64,000 bases of DNA from sequence record NC_041917.1; one strand, given 5' to 3'. The notes under the pieces were generated by a model. The model was given only the letters and a program-made list of their open reading frames with translations. It did not search any database and was not told where the DNA came from. The first letter of the stretch is position 1, and every line of letters begins with the position of its first letter. Of the stretch, positions 40,215 through 48,708 are shown one piece after another. The position numbers and the translations under genes are program-made.

Positions 40215-40625
40215 GTGGATATTGTGGAAGAACAAACCTTTCCAGAAGAAATATTTAAAGCTCTAGAAGATATATATGTAAAATATATTATACCTAATGG
40301 TAAAGTTGATAAATTTCTATCATGGGCTGATTTAGAAGATAGAGATTTAACAGATTGTGGGTTTGAATTACATCCAGACTATGAAAATAAATATGAAAAT
40401 TCTCACCATATTTGTTTGTATGGAACAATTGGAACTACTTATATAAGTGATAATAATTTAACCTTCTTCTATCATGGTGGAGGACAACCACCTTCAGTAC
40501 TTGACAATTACACTGAACTTACTGAAGAACGTCATTTCCAATTAGGGACAACCACCTTTCTTGCTGGTGTATTTGAATTACAAGATTTTCAAAAGATCCA
40601 CAATTATTTCAATAAGATTATGTAA
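40215..40625 (+). CDS. hypothetical protein, EExxFQ paralog family
   Basis: LTEERHFQLGT motif; GTG start. Confidence 0.7.
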   Translation: MDIVEEQTFPEEIFKALEDIYVKYIIPNGKVDKFLSWADLEDRDLTDCGFELHPDYENKYENSHHICLYGTIGTTYISDNNLTFFYHGGGQPPSVLDNYTELTEERHFQLGTTTFLAGVFELQDFQKIHNYFNKIM

Positions 40626-40626
40626 C

Positions 40627-41076
40627 ATGAAAACTGTATTAGTATTTGACTATCACTTTATTGAACATGTAGAATATCCAGGTGGACCTGGTTGTTTAGG
40701 TACAGTAAAGTGGAATGAAATTGTAGAAGCTAATTTTACTACCTTCGAATTACAAGACAATGGTTTATATTTGTCATGGAGATTGGAGCGGGAAGATGAT
40801 GGTCATTATATAGAAATTCCAAGATATATATCATTTGATGAGATTGGTAAAGAACAGTACAGAATGTACAAAGAAGTCATAGAGAATGAATCATATTGGT
40901 TCGAAGATATTTCTATAGAAAGAGATTTTCTTTTATCGCAACTGTGCTATAATGAGTTGAACACCGTACAAAACCGTGCGTGGATTGAGTACTGGATTTT
41001 ATATCAACATACTGAATGGACAAATGAATATGAAGAAAAACGAGCCAGAAAAGCCGCTGAAGCGTTCAACACGTAA
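40627..41076 (+). CDS. hypothetical protein
   Basis: start reassigned to ATG 40627. Confidence 0.75.
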   Translation: MKTVLVFDYHFIEHVEYPGGPGCLGTVKWNEIVEANFTTFELQDNGLYLSWRLEREDDGHYIEIPRYISFDEIGKEQYRMYKEVIENESYWFEDISIERDFLLSQLCYNELNTVQNRAWIEYWILYQHTEWTNEYEEKRARKAAEAFNT

Positions 41077-41309
41077 TCCTTTACCGTGGCTTCAGCAATG
41101 GTTAAAAACGCCACAGATGCCTGTCAGTGAGCTTCCTGAAGTTCAAAAAAAGTGTAAAAAGGGGCTTGACAATGAATCCGAGTAAGTGTAAAGTACATAC
41201 ATCGATGAGCGACGAAACTAAAGCTCGATTGAAAGAAATGATTAATCCGAAAAGTAATGTTGTATTTGTAAACTTCAATTGTAAGTAATGGTAATTCAGG
41301 AGAATCAGA

Positions 41310-41579
41310 ATGAAGATGTTGAATTTACCTAGTACTGTAAAATGTAATGTCAATGGCTGTGAGCTTGAAGTTCCTCGTGGTATTCATTACATTGTAATTA
41401 ATTACACTGGACATATTGACGCATATGAAACTAAACCATATTTGCGTGAAGGTATGTGGGTAAATGATGGTGAAGTAGGCATTTACCTTGGACATGCGAA
41501 ACTTGAAGATAATGATGAATGGACACATCCATTCCTTGTTGATAAAAACCGTTTTAGTACATATAGTGATTGTGATTAA
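41310..41579 (+). CDS. hypothetical protein
   Basis: SD AGGAG. Confidence 0.75.
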   Translation: MKMLNLPSTVKCNVNGCELEVPRGIHYIVINYTGHIDAYETKPYLREGMWVNDGEVGIYLGHAKLEDNDEWTHPFLVDKNRFSTYSDCD

Positions 41580-41615
41580 TTTTTGTTCAAGTCGTTGAAA
41601 TTTTTGAGAAAAAGA

Positions 41616-41644
41616 TGGAACGACTTAAAAAAGTCTGGTATAAT
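41616..41644 (+). promoter_or_regulatory. TGAAAC-class promoter (TGGAAC variant)
   Basis: TGGAAC-17-TATAAT before the suppressor tRNA. Confidence 0.7.
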
Positions 41645-41665
41645 ATACGTATTGAAACAACATAT

Positions 41666-41741
41666 GCCTTTGTAGCTCAGTTGGTAGAGCGGGAATCTCT
41701 AAAATTCTTTGTCGTCGGTTCGAGTCCGACCATCGGCACCA
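41666..41741 (+). tRNA. amber suppressor tRNA (anticodon CTA)
   Basis: stem GGAAT/ATTCT, loop CT-CTA-AA, canonical D and T arms, encoded CCA; two acceptor-stem mismatches. Confidence 0.85.
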
Positions 41742-41743
41742 AT

Positions 41744-41852
41744 GCACAAATGATGGAATTGGTAAACATAACGTCCAACAATAGCTAATGCGACGATAGG
41801 AGGTGGGAAGTACCGCGAGGTTTCCTTATAGGTTCGAAGCCTATTTTGTGCA
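41744..41852 (+). tRNA. atypical class II tRNA-like RNA with enlarged anticodon loop
   Basis: GCACAAA/TTTGTGC acceptor, Leu-type D loop, long variable arm, about 22-nt anticodon loop. Confidence 0.6.
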
Positions 41853-41873
41853 CTTTTAATTGAGGGACATAAT

Positions 41874-42071
41874 ATGTCTAAATGTGAAAGTTGTAACGGC
41901 ACTGGATACCATTATGCAGGTGACGGAATGGTATATGATTGTACTCCATGTAATAGTACAGGAAGTCAACGTACAGTAAGCACAGAAACTTTCGAAAAAT
42001 TACAAGAAGAAATTCAAAAACCTTCTATGCCTACACTTATGTTACGAAAGTTAATGCGGCGGTTGAAGTAA
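41874..42071 (+). CDS. small Zn-finger (CxxCxGxG) protein
   Basis: CESCNGTG..CTPCNSTG. Confidence 0.75.
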   Translation: MSKCESCNGTGYHYAGDGMVYDCTPCNSTGSQRTVSTETFEKLQEEIQKPSMPTLMLRKLMRRLK

Positions 42072-42081
42072 AAACAAATTC

Positions 42082-42156
42082 GGCCCTTTAGCTCAGTGGT
42101 AGAGCAGGCGACTCATAATCGCTTGGTCGTTGGATCGTTCCCAACAAGGGCCACCA
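42082..42156 (+). tRNA. tRNA(CAT), Ile2 (lysidine)-type by resemblance to enterobacterial ileX
   Basis: GGCCCTT acceptor, GGCGA-CTCATAA-TCGCT arm, CCA; non-canonical T loop. Confidence 0.85.
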
Positions 42157-42495
42157 TACACGCTACCTGATTAGTAGCTAGGAGAATTGCTATCTTCGAA
42201 TGTAGCCAGTTGATCTTGGTAAAATAAGCTCTAATATGAGAGTACTCATATCTCGACGTGGCGAGAATGGGATGGGGCTGGAGAGGAAACTCTGAGAAGG
42301 TCACGACCCCCGACCATTAACTATTAAGTGAGGTTTCATATGTGGAAATACATTAAGACCAATTTACATATAATTTTATTTGCAATTCTGGCTTTGATAG
42401 TACTTGGTATCGTCACTAATGCAATTGCAGATGGTATCGGGCGTATTGTTACTCAGCAGATGATTAATGATACCTATCTAATTCACAGGTGATTT

Positions 42496-42705
42496 ATGAC
42501 AATTGCAGAAATACAAAAACAGCTTGCAAATTCTTTTCAAAACGGTTATTATATTCGTCGTCCACATTTTATCGCGTTAAACGTTGAGTTATACTTGGAT
42601 AAGAATAACAACTTGTTCGAAATTGATACTCAAGAGGGTCGTGTGGTTGAAGTTAATTTCACACGAGTAGAAAGTACTGTCACTGATTGGGAAATAATTT
42701 TATGA
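42496..42705 (+). CDS. hypothetical protein
   Basis: ORF track. Confidence 0.7.
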   Translation: MTIAEIQKQLANSFQNGYYIRRPHFIALNVELYLDKNNNLFEIDTQEGRVVEVNFTRVESTVTDWEIIL

Positions 42706-42884
42706 GTCCTTCTGTAATCCGTATGATTTTTTCTGGTTCTTTGGGTATTATTGCAGCGGTTATTCATCCATATATTACTGCTGGTCATATTAGTAGCTTG
42801 ATGTTAACTATTATCTTCATTACTATTATGGCAGGTGGTGAAGCTTTGGGAGCATACGCCGCTTCTTTGAAGAAAAGGACATAA
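42702..42884 (+). CDS. small membrane protein
   Basis: hydrophobic; ATGA coupling. Confidence 0.7.
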   Translation: MSPSVIRMIFSGSLGIIAAVIHPYITAGHISSLMLTIIFITIMAGGEALGAYAASLKKRT

Positions 42885-42888
42885 AATA

Positions 42889-43080
42889 ATGATTTTGACC
42901 TTTATTTTTCTTTGGAGTCTGTTAAACTCTATTTCTGGTTGGGTGATGGCAACAAAAGCTGTCTTAATAGGAGATTATAGTACATTTTCCTATCGGGTGG
43001 GGAACTCATTACTATTCACTATTGTTTGTATTGATGCATTTCTCCGAATCTTTTCAGTTACACAAACAGGCTTGTGGTAA
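42889..43080 (+). CDS. small membrane protein
   Basis: hydrophobic ORF. Confidence 0.65.
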   Translation: MILTFIFLWSLLNSISGWVMATKAVLIGDYSTFSYRVGNSLLFTIVCIDAFLRIFSVTQTGLW

Positions 43081-43520
43081 TGAAACTATTAACTACTTCT
43101 GATTTTAAAACACAACACCTTGCAAAAATGTGTGTTGAATCACATCTATTTCATTCATATGCATGGACACTGTTTCAATGCTTTACTGATGTAATGGATG
43201 ATGAAGATATTGCAAATACATCTGAGATTATGATTCTACAAGATGATTCTGGTAAGAATATTGGTACTATCTTCCACAATCATGAATATGAATCCAATTA
43301 TTGGGGTACTAATATTCAGGTGTTTGTTATTGAATCTGAACGTGGAAAAGGTTATGGCAAATTGCTGTACAAAGAAATGAACAAACTTCTTATTCAAAAG
43401 AAATTTGATGGAACACTTTATGCTGGTTCAGGTATTCAGGGTTCGATGGATTTTTGGGGTAAGATGGCTGAATTACATGAAAGTGACGAATGTCTGACTT
43501 TACAGGCTGAGTACTTTTAA
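43080..43520 (+). CDS. GNAT-family acetyltransferase-like protein
   Basis: VFVIESERGKGYGKLL acetyl-CoA motif. Confidence 0.75.
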   Translation: MKLLTTSDFKTQHLAKMCVESHLFHSYAWTLFQCFTDVMDDEDIANTSEIMILQDDSGKNIGTIFHNHEYESNYWGTNIQVFVIESERGKGYGKLLYKEMNKLLIQKKFDGTLYAGSGIQGSMDFWGKMAELHESDECLTLQAEYF

Positions 43521-43528
43521 TATATAAT

Positions 43529-43617
43529 GCGGGTGTGGCGGTATTGGCAGTACGCACAGGACTTAAAATCCTGTAGGGGTTTCCCCCTTGTGAGTTCGAA
43601 TCTCATCACCCGTACCA
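43529..43617 (+). tRNA. trnL: tRNA-Leu(TAA)
   Basis: class II, CAGGA-CTTAAAA-TCCTG, CCA. Confidence 0.92.
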
Positions 43618-43650
43618 AATAACATTTCGAAGTAGTCTTTAGGAGACACT

Positions 43651-43962
43651 ATGAAAAAGATTTTTGTAGTACCAAATGGTGAAAGCTATTTTGGTGTTAG
43701 TATGGTAGCACTCACAGAAGATGGTGATTGTATCGCTGGTCATCTAAGTAGCAATACTACGTGGGGTCGCCATGATATGGGCATTGGTTCAGATTGGAAG
43801 CACGATCTTTATGATAAAGAATATGGTGCTGGACAATGGGAACTATTGTATGCTGACGATGAAGTTATGGATTCAGAAGAATTCAAACTTGCAGTACAGC
43901 GTAATCATGAAAAAGGTGAAGCTGCTGAACAGGAAGAAACTGAAGATGAAGAAACTGAATAA
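43651..43962 (+). CDS. hypothetical protein
   Basis: SD AGGAG. Confidence 0.8.
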   Translation: MKKIFVVPNGESYFGVSMVALTEDGDCIAGHLSSNTTWGRHDMGIGSDWKHDLYDKEYGAGQWELLYADDEVMDSEEFKLAVQRNHEKGEAAEQEETEDEETE

Positions 43963-44179
43963 GTTAATTCTAGGAGCGATACTGTTAAGTACTTTCACGG
44001 TACAAGCAGACGCTCCACGCCCAGCACGTTATCATGCAGAATGTTCAAAACCTATAGGTGTCTTTGACGAAGACATTTATGATTATAGTGAATATTCTTA
44101 TGGTAGCTATAAAATTACACCACTTGTGGGTAAAAAAATATTATTCACAAATTCTTTTTGTGTATTCACTGAATACTAA
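43946..44179 (+). CDS. secreted protein
   Basis: signal peptide MKKLNKLILGAILLSTFTVQA. Confidence 0.7.
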   Translation: MKKLNKLILGAILLSTFTVQADAPRPARYHAECSKPIGVFDEDIYDYSEYSYGSYKITPLVGKKILFTNSFCVFTEY

Positions 44180-44188
44180 GGTAAAAAT

Positions 44189-44422
44189 ATGAAGATTATC
44201 GAAGATGCAGTACTGGCTAAAATGAACCTTAAACGTCTGAAATCGCATCGTACTTCAGTACTGGCAAGTATTAACAAAGAGTTTTTTGATTATACCAAAG
44301 ATGATGACCAAATTCGTTTTCCAGTAAATCATGATACGAAAGAATATGCTGATGCAATCGCGTATCGTAATAAAGTAAACAAATATTATGATGCTGCACG
44401 TTCAGCAGTAAAGGTGAAATAA
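44189..44422 (+). CDS. hypothetical protein
   Basis: ORF track. Confidence 0.75.
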   Translation: MKIIEDAVLAKMNLKRLKSHRTSVLASINKEFFDYTKDDDQIRFPVNHDTKEYADAIAYRNKVNKYYDAARSAVKVK

Positions 44423-44679
44423 TGTCTGGAACATTTACAATTGTGCCACGGTACTGTATTGAAAGTGGTGAAGTTAGTGGTGTTGGTGAAATGATTGGAC
44501 TAGATTGGAATGATGTATGTGATCTTGTATCTCGTGCTGGTCTTTATGGTGAAGATGGTGCAGGTTACACTACTGTTCAAAAAGGTCAGACCTTTGGAAA
44601 CGATTTAGATCTTATTTTCACTAAGATTTTTGAAGATAATCCATCTGCTGATGAAATCTATATTCTTGATGATTTCTAA
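44422..44679 (+). CDS. hypothetical protein
   Basis: TAATG coupling. Confidence 0.75.
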   Translation: MSGTFTIVPRYCIESGEVSGVGEMIGLDWNDVCDLVSRAGLYGEDGAGYTTVQKGQTFGNDLDLIFTKIFEDNPSADEIYILDDF

Positions 44680-44690
44680 AAGGTAAATCT

Positions 44691-44909
44691 ATGTGGATTG
44701 AATGTGATGACTTTACAAAAGTACCCGAAGGTACTTGGTTAGGAACTGCAATCGAAACTGACTGTAATAATCAAAAAATACTTGTTAAGATAGAAGTTGA
44801 TCAAGCTTCTAACTATACCCTACGTATTGTTGATGGTCATCACGCATCTGATCGTGACTATTTGAAGCTCCTTGCCTATTGTGAACCACCAAAACTATTT
44901 GGAGAATAA
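44691..44909 (+). CDS. hypothetical protein
   Basis: ORF track. Confidence 0.7.
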   Translation: MWIECDDFTKVPEGTWLGTAIETDCNNQKILVKIEVDQASNYTLRIVDGHHASDRDYLKLLAYCEPPKLFGE

Positions 44910-44910
44910 T

Positions 44911-45390
44911 ATGATCGGTAGTACTGTGATATTTGAATATCATGAAATGTGTTATCCTTACCATATTGCATGTTTTCATACCCATAAACAACTGACCAAT
45001 GAAGAACTTGAAGCAGAGATGTGTAAAGTACTTGGTTGGGATGAAATGGATGATTGGCATCGTCATTCACTTAAATTTATTGATCACAATCGCCTACGCG
45101 GTTTGACAATTCTAGGTGAAGAAATTGATCCAGATATTATACGTGCATTGAAACGATTCTTTCCTGAATCGTTGAAAGGTATGGGTGGTGATCAATCGTT
45201 TGGTAATTTTAGTTACCAATACTATGATGCTAAAGCAAACGAAGTTATTTGGATGAACTTATATCAAGAAGAACTTCAAGAACGTTTGCATGAATTGCAA
45301 AAAGCTTCAGCGATTCTTTATCAAGAACGGCGTTCTCGTGAAAAAGAGGAACGTAAAAATGACGAAAGCGGAACTACTGGAAATTCTTAA
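44911..45390 (+). CDS. hypothetical protein
   Basis: SD GGAG, start reassigned. Confidence 0.75.
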   Translation: MIGSTVIFEYHEMCYPYHIACFHTHKQLTNEELEAEMCKVLGWDEMDDWHRHSLKFIDHNRLRGLTILGEEIDPDIIRALKRFFPESLKGMGGDQSFGNFSYQYYDAKANEVIWMNLYQEELQERLHELQKASAILYQERRSREKEERKNDESGTTGNS

Positions 45391-45547
45391 AGATTATTCA
45401 GATGATTCATGTATTGAAGTAGTTCATGGTGGTGCACATTTTGATATTACGTGTGTAGTACCTTATAATGATAATGGAACTATTATCGCTGAATTAGGAA
45501 TTTTTGATCAAAAAACTATTCCTGAATCTGCAAAAAGGGTAATTTAA
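45359..45547 (+). CDS. hypothetical protein
   Basis: SD GAGG, start reassigned. Confidence 0.7.
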   Translation: MTKAELLEILKDYSDDSCIEVVHGGAHFDITCVVPYNDNGTIIAELGIFDQKTIPESAKRVI

Positions 45548-45758
45548 ATGTCAATAAAAATTGATCCAGAAACTCAAACTGCGGTAGACCCTGAAAGTAT
45601 TGGTAAGGGTATGTGGAAACGTGCAGTACTAGCAATTTGTGTTATTGCTGCAATTATTGTCACTGCAAAAATTCTGTAAAAAGTACTTGACAGATATTGA
45701 TAATTTTGATATTATATCTGTCAAGGGATTTTTAATTAAGAACAAAAAAGGTACTTAC

Positions 45759-45974
45759 ATGAAAACTCTGTATTGCTGGGTCGCTGGTTTAATTAGTGTG
45801 ATGGTTGGTATAATGATAACCTCTATCCGAATGGCAACATGGCCTCAAGGTAATATGTATTATCTATCATATGATGAACGGCTGTTTGTCGGTTTATGGG
45901 GTGGTGGTCTATTTTGTATGTGGGTGCTTATAATTGCACTTATTGTTTGGTTAGTTGTAAAAGGTACTGACTAA
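45759..45974 (+). CDS. small membrane protein
   Basis: two TM segments. Confidence 0.75.
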   Translation: MKTLYCWVAGLISVMVGIMITSIRMATWPQGNMYYLSYDERLFVGLWGGGLFCMWVLIIALIVWLVVKGTD

Positions 45975-46381
45975 TGAATGAAGTAATTGAAACTTGGCTT
46001 AATAAGGCAAAAACGTATCCACCTGCGGAAATCTTTTTTGAAAAATACGGAAAAGAAGCAAAAGCAGAAGAACGCCTGAAAGGTGTTTGTGAAGAAGTAT
46101 ATCGTTTCTGTTTCCCTGAAAACCAAAAAAATCCATTAGGTGATTTGGGTGCTTCCTATCGTGATTTTGAAGTAGCTTATATTATGGGTTTTGAAGGTAT
46201 GAAGCCAGAATATATTCAAAAAGTAAAAGATAAATTTCTCGAAGATGTGAAATTTGCAATTACTGCATTGGATAATCTGTTTAAAAAAGATCAAGTACTT
46301 CAACAGTATTATGCACCGTGGAAAGTTAAATTCTCTGAAATTAATTCTATTGTGTTCGATATGACTAAGGATTATCTATGA
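45974..46381 (+). CDS. hypothetical protein
   Basis: coupled ORF. Confidence 0.8.
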   Translation: MNEVIETWLNKAKTYPPAEIFFEKYGKEAKAEERLKGVCEEVYRFCFPENQKNPLGDLGASYRDFEVAYIMGFEGMKPEYIQKVKDKFLEDVKFAITALDNLFKKDQVLQQYYAPWKVKFSEINSIVFDMTKDYL

Positions 46382-46677
46382 AAAAGTTTCATCATGAACA
46401 TCAAATTCATTTAGTATCACCTTGCATTGAACTTATTACCAATAATTCAGATTATTGGGAAGTACGTGAACGCTTGGATGATAATATGAATGGTGAAGTA
46501 TCATTGGTATGGGATCAGTATAATAGAAATCTTTTAAATCTCAGTATTAAAGTACGTTCAGCCGATATTAATTATGCTGAAAAGCTTGATAAAGCTATTG
46601 ACGATTTAGCTGGGTACTGTTATGATTACGAATGTAATATCCGTATCGGCGGTGAAATTGTTAGGAGTGAAGTATGA
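46378..46677 (+). CDS. hypothetical protein
   Basis: coupled ORF. Confidence 0.75.
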   Translation: MKKFHHEHQIHLVSPCIELITNNSDYWEVRERLDDNMNGEVSLVWDQYNRNLLNLSIKVRSADINYAEKLDKAIDDLAGYCYDYECNIRIGGEIVRSEV

Positions 46678-46910
46678 AACTTGTAGCAATCGAACGAATT
46701 GGTGATTTTTCTATGCCGTACTTGAAATTGTTCAAAGGTTCAGAAGATTCACCATCACCTGAAGTAGTACTGGCAGAATTGGAAGCAGTTAATTATCAAA
46801 TTAATGTATTCTCAGATCAGGATGAAAAATTAGATAAACAAATGACTCGTATTCTTAACCGTAATGGTTATACGGAGTTTGAACCACCAACGGTCACGAT
46901 TAGTGACTAA
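46674..46910 (+). CDS. hypothetical protein
   Basis: coupled ORF. Confidence 0.75.
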   Translation: MKLVAIERIGDFSMPYLKLFKGSEDSPSPEVVLAELEAVNYQINVFSDQDEKLDKQMTRILNRNGYTEFEPPTVTISD

Positions 46911-46917
46911 TTAATTT

Positions 46918-47033
46918 GCAGTGATCGTCTAGAGGCTTAGGACACGAAAAAGCGATTCTTGGTTAAGAATCTTACGGCATCAATAAACTTTCATTTCACG
47001 AACGTAACGCAGGTTCGAATCCTGCTCACTGCA
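46918..47033 (+). tRNA. interrupted tRNA-Glu(TTC), 43-nt insert 46947..46989
   Basis: removing the insert gives CGTTC-ATTTCAC-GAACG; insert = GATTCTT/AAGAATC hairpin + ACGGCAT. Confidence 0.75.
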
Positions 47034-47051
47034 CTAATATTGGAGTAATAT

Positions 47052-47354
47052 ATGAAAAGTATTCTTCTCTTTGAGTACTTCGCAACTGGCGAAGGTTGGC
47101 GTACTGTAATCCGCTTCTATAATCAGAATCGTGTTTCTGATGAGGCTGCACTGGAAACATTAAAATCAGAATTCGATCCATATTTTCATGTAGGATTTGA
47201 ATTGCATGATATTAGTACTGTCAAGGATAATGCATCCTTAATGCGTACTTTGAAAGAACATGTTCCAATTTTGTACAATTATGTTATGTTACCAGATGAT
47301 GCATATCATCCAGTAATTAATGTAAAATATGAAGGTTATGTAAACTATTCATAA
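47052..47354 (+). CDS. hypothetical protein
   Basis: SD GGAG. Confidence 0.8.
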   Translation: MKSILLFEYFATGEGWRTVIRFYNQNRVSDEAALETLKSEFDPYFHVGFELHDISTVKDNASLMRTLKEHVPILYNYVMLPDDAYHPVINVKYEGYVNYS

Positions 47355-47363
47355 AAATAATTT

Positions 47364-47489
47364 GTGGGGTTAGCTCAGTCTGGTAGAGCAGCGAAAGAAA
47401 AAACAATGGAATCTTGAAAAGGATTCTAACAGCATTATATCTTCTACTGTAAATTCGCAGGTCGGTGAGTTCAAATCCACCATCCCACA
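47364..47489 (+). tRNA. interrupted tRNA-Tyr(GTA)-like (short variable region), about 51-nt insert 47396..47446
   Basis: removing the insert gives GCGAA-CTGTAAA-TTCGC; insert = GAATC/GATTC hairpin + AACAGCA. Confidence 0.75.
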
Positions 47490-47499
47490 CAAATTTGTC

Positions 47500-47528
47500 T
47501 TGACATGGTGTATCCTGTGTGTTATATT
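47500..47528 (+). promoter_or_regulatory. sigma70-type promoter
   Basis: TTGACA-17-TATATT. Confidence 0.65.
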
Positions 47529-47562
47529 ACTATCATCAATTAAACGAGATAGGATTTAAATT

Positions 47563-47835
47563 ATGGACGGGATTGCAATGCGTATTCAAGTCTTACCGAA
47601 TGGTTTGATTATTGGTCATGTTGTTCCAAAAGAACATCCAGCAAATCGCTGTTATAATTTGGAACCGAACCATGTATATGAACTTCAAATTGATCTTACT
47701 TATGGTAACGATAAATTGAAAAACATTGGCGAAGCCGATTTTAAAACTTCTGATGTTGATCCTCGTGGTTGTAGTATCGACCACTTGATTGCAGTAAGCA
47801 GTGGGCGTCATTTAACCGTGAATGATGGGAAATAA
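47563..47835 (+). CDS. hypothetical protein
   Basis: SD AGGA. Confidence 0.75.
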   Translation: MDGIAMRIQVLPNGLIIGHVVPKEHPANRCYNLEPNHVYELQIDLTYGNDKLKNIGEADFKTSDVDPRGCSIDHLIAVSSGRHLTVNDGK

Positions 47836-47837
47836 AA

Positions 47838-48203
47838 ATGAAAGTATTCATTGATGATATTCGTGACCCAAAAAATTACTTGACACCAGAACAGGCTGAT
47901 GGTATTATTTGGATCAAAGAGTGGTGGTCAGCAAAACGCTTTTTGATTGATCATGCTGCTGAAATTGAAGTGATTCATTTTGACCATTACATGGATGAAC
48001 CAACGTTAACTGGTAAAGATTTATTCTTTATGGTTGCTGGGGATTGTATGTGGGGTGGAAAAGAAACATGGATTAAACTACAGAAAATTTATTTACATTC
48101 TTCTGATGTTGATATGGTTGAAGAACTTGTTGAAGAATATAGTACTGAATTGGCTGAATCTGGTGTTGAGCTTATTGATAACCATCAAGAAAGGAACTAC
48201 TAA
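47838..48203 (+). CDS. cyclic-phosphate-processing receiver (cREC)-like domain protein, paralog 1
   Basis: KVFIDDIRDP..W..IEVIHFDHYM..TGKDL motif. Confidence 0.7.
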   Translation: MKVFIDDIRDPKNYLTPEQADGIIWIKEWWSAKRFLIDHAAEIEVIHFDHYMDEPTLTGKDLFFMVAGDCMWGGKETWIKLQKIYLHSSDVDMVEELVEEYSTELAESGVELIDNHQERNY

Positions 48204-48560
48204 ATGAAAGTTTATGTAGATGATATTCGTAATCCACAAAACCATCTAAGTTCTGAACAGGCAGCCGATGTAGTGTGGATTAAAGAATGGTGGGATGCAC
48301 GTAACTTTATCTTTTATAATAATTTAGAAATTGAAGTGATTCATTTAGATAATTATCTAGGTGACCGTACCCACACTGGTGCTGATTTACTTCGAATGAT
48401 TACATATAGGTTTCGCCGTGGGGAATTCCCTAAGTTGAAACAAATTTATCTTCACAGTTCTGATAAAGATATTGTGAATAAACTGTATGACACACATATT
48501 GAATGTTGTACAGAAGCTGGTGTTGAATTAATTAAAAATTCACGTCCAAACCGTAGTTAA
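48204..48560 (+). CDS. cyclic-phosphate-processing receiver (cREC)-like domain protein, paralog 2
   Basis: KVYVDDIRNP..IEVIHLDNYLG..TGADL; clear tandem duplicate. Confidence 0.7.
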   Translation: MKVYVDDIRNPQNHLSSEQAADVVWIKEWWDARNFIFYNNLEIEVIHLDNYLGDRTHTGADLLRMITYRFRRGEFPKLKQIYLHSSDKDIVNKLYDTHIECCTEAGVELIKNSRPNRS

Positions 48561-48566
48561 ACAAAT

Positions 48567-48691
48567 GGCGAGTTAGCTCAGTTGGTAGAGCACGTAGAAA
48601 CCCAAGATTCAAGTACTTGAATCTTACAGCAACAATAACTCATACACTTTTAATGTCGTGGTCGTTGGTTCGAATCCAACACTCGCCGCCA
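48567..48691 (+). tRNA. interrupted tRNA-Lys(TTT), 49-nt insert 48595..48643
   Basis: removing the insert gives CGACA-CTTTTAA-TGTCG; insert = AAGATTCAAGTACTTGAATCTT + ACAGCAA; encoded CCA. Confidence 0.8.
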
Positions 48692-48708
48692 AATAATAAG
48701 GAGTACAT

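Noticed and set aside
42250-42318. tmRNA (GGGGCTG... and terminal ACCA)
   Set aside because: Far too short, with no T arm or tag reading frame.
46947-48643. Inserts as group I/II introns, BHB introns or theta (HDV-like) ribozymes
   Set aside because: They are only 43-51 nt with one hairpin, and no P7 core, bulge-helix-bulge or nested double pseudoknot is recognisable.
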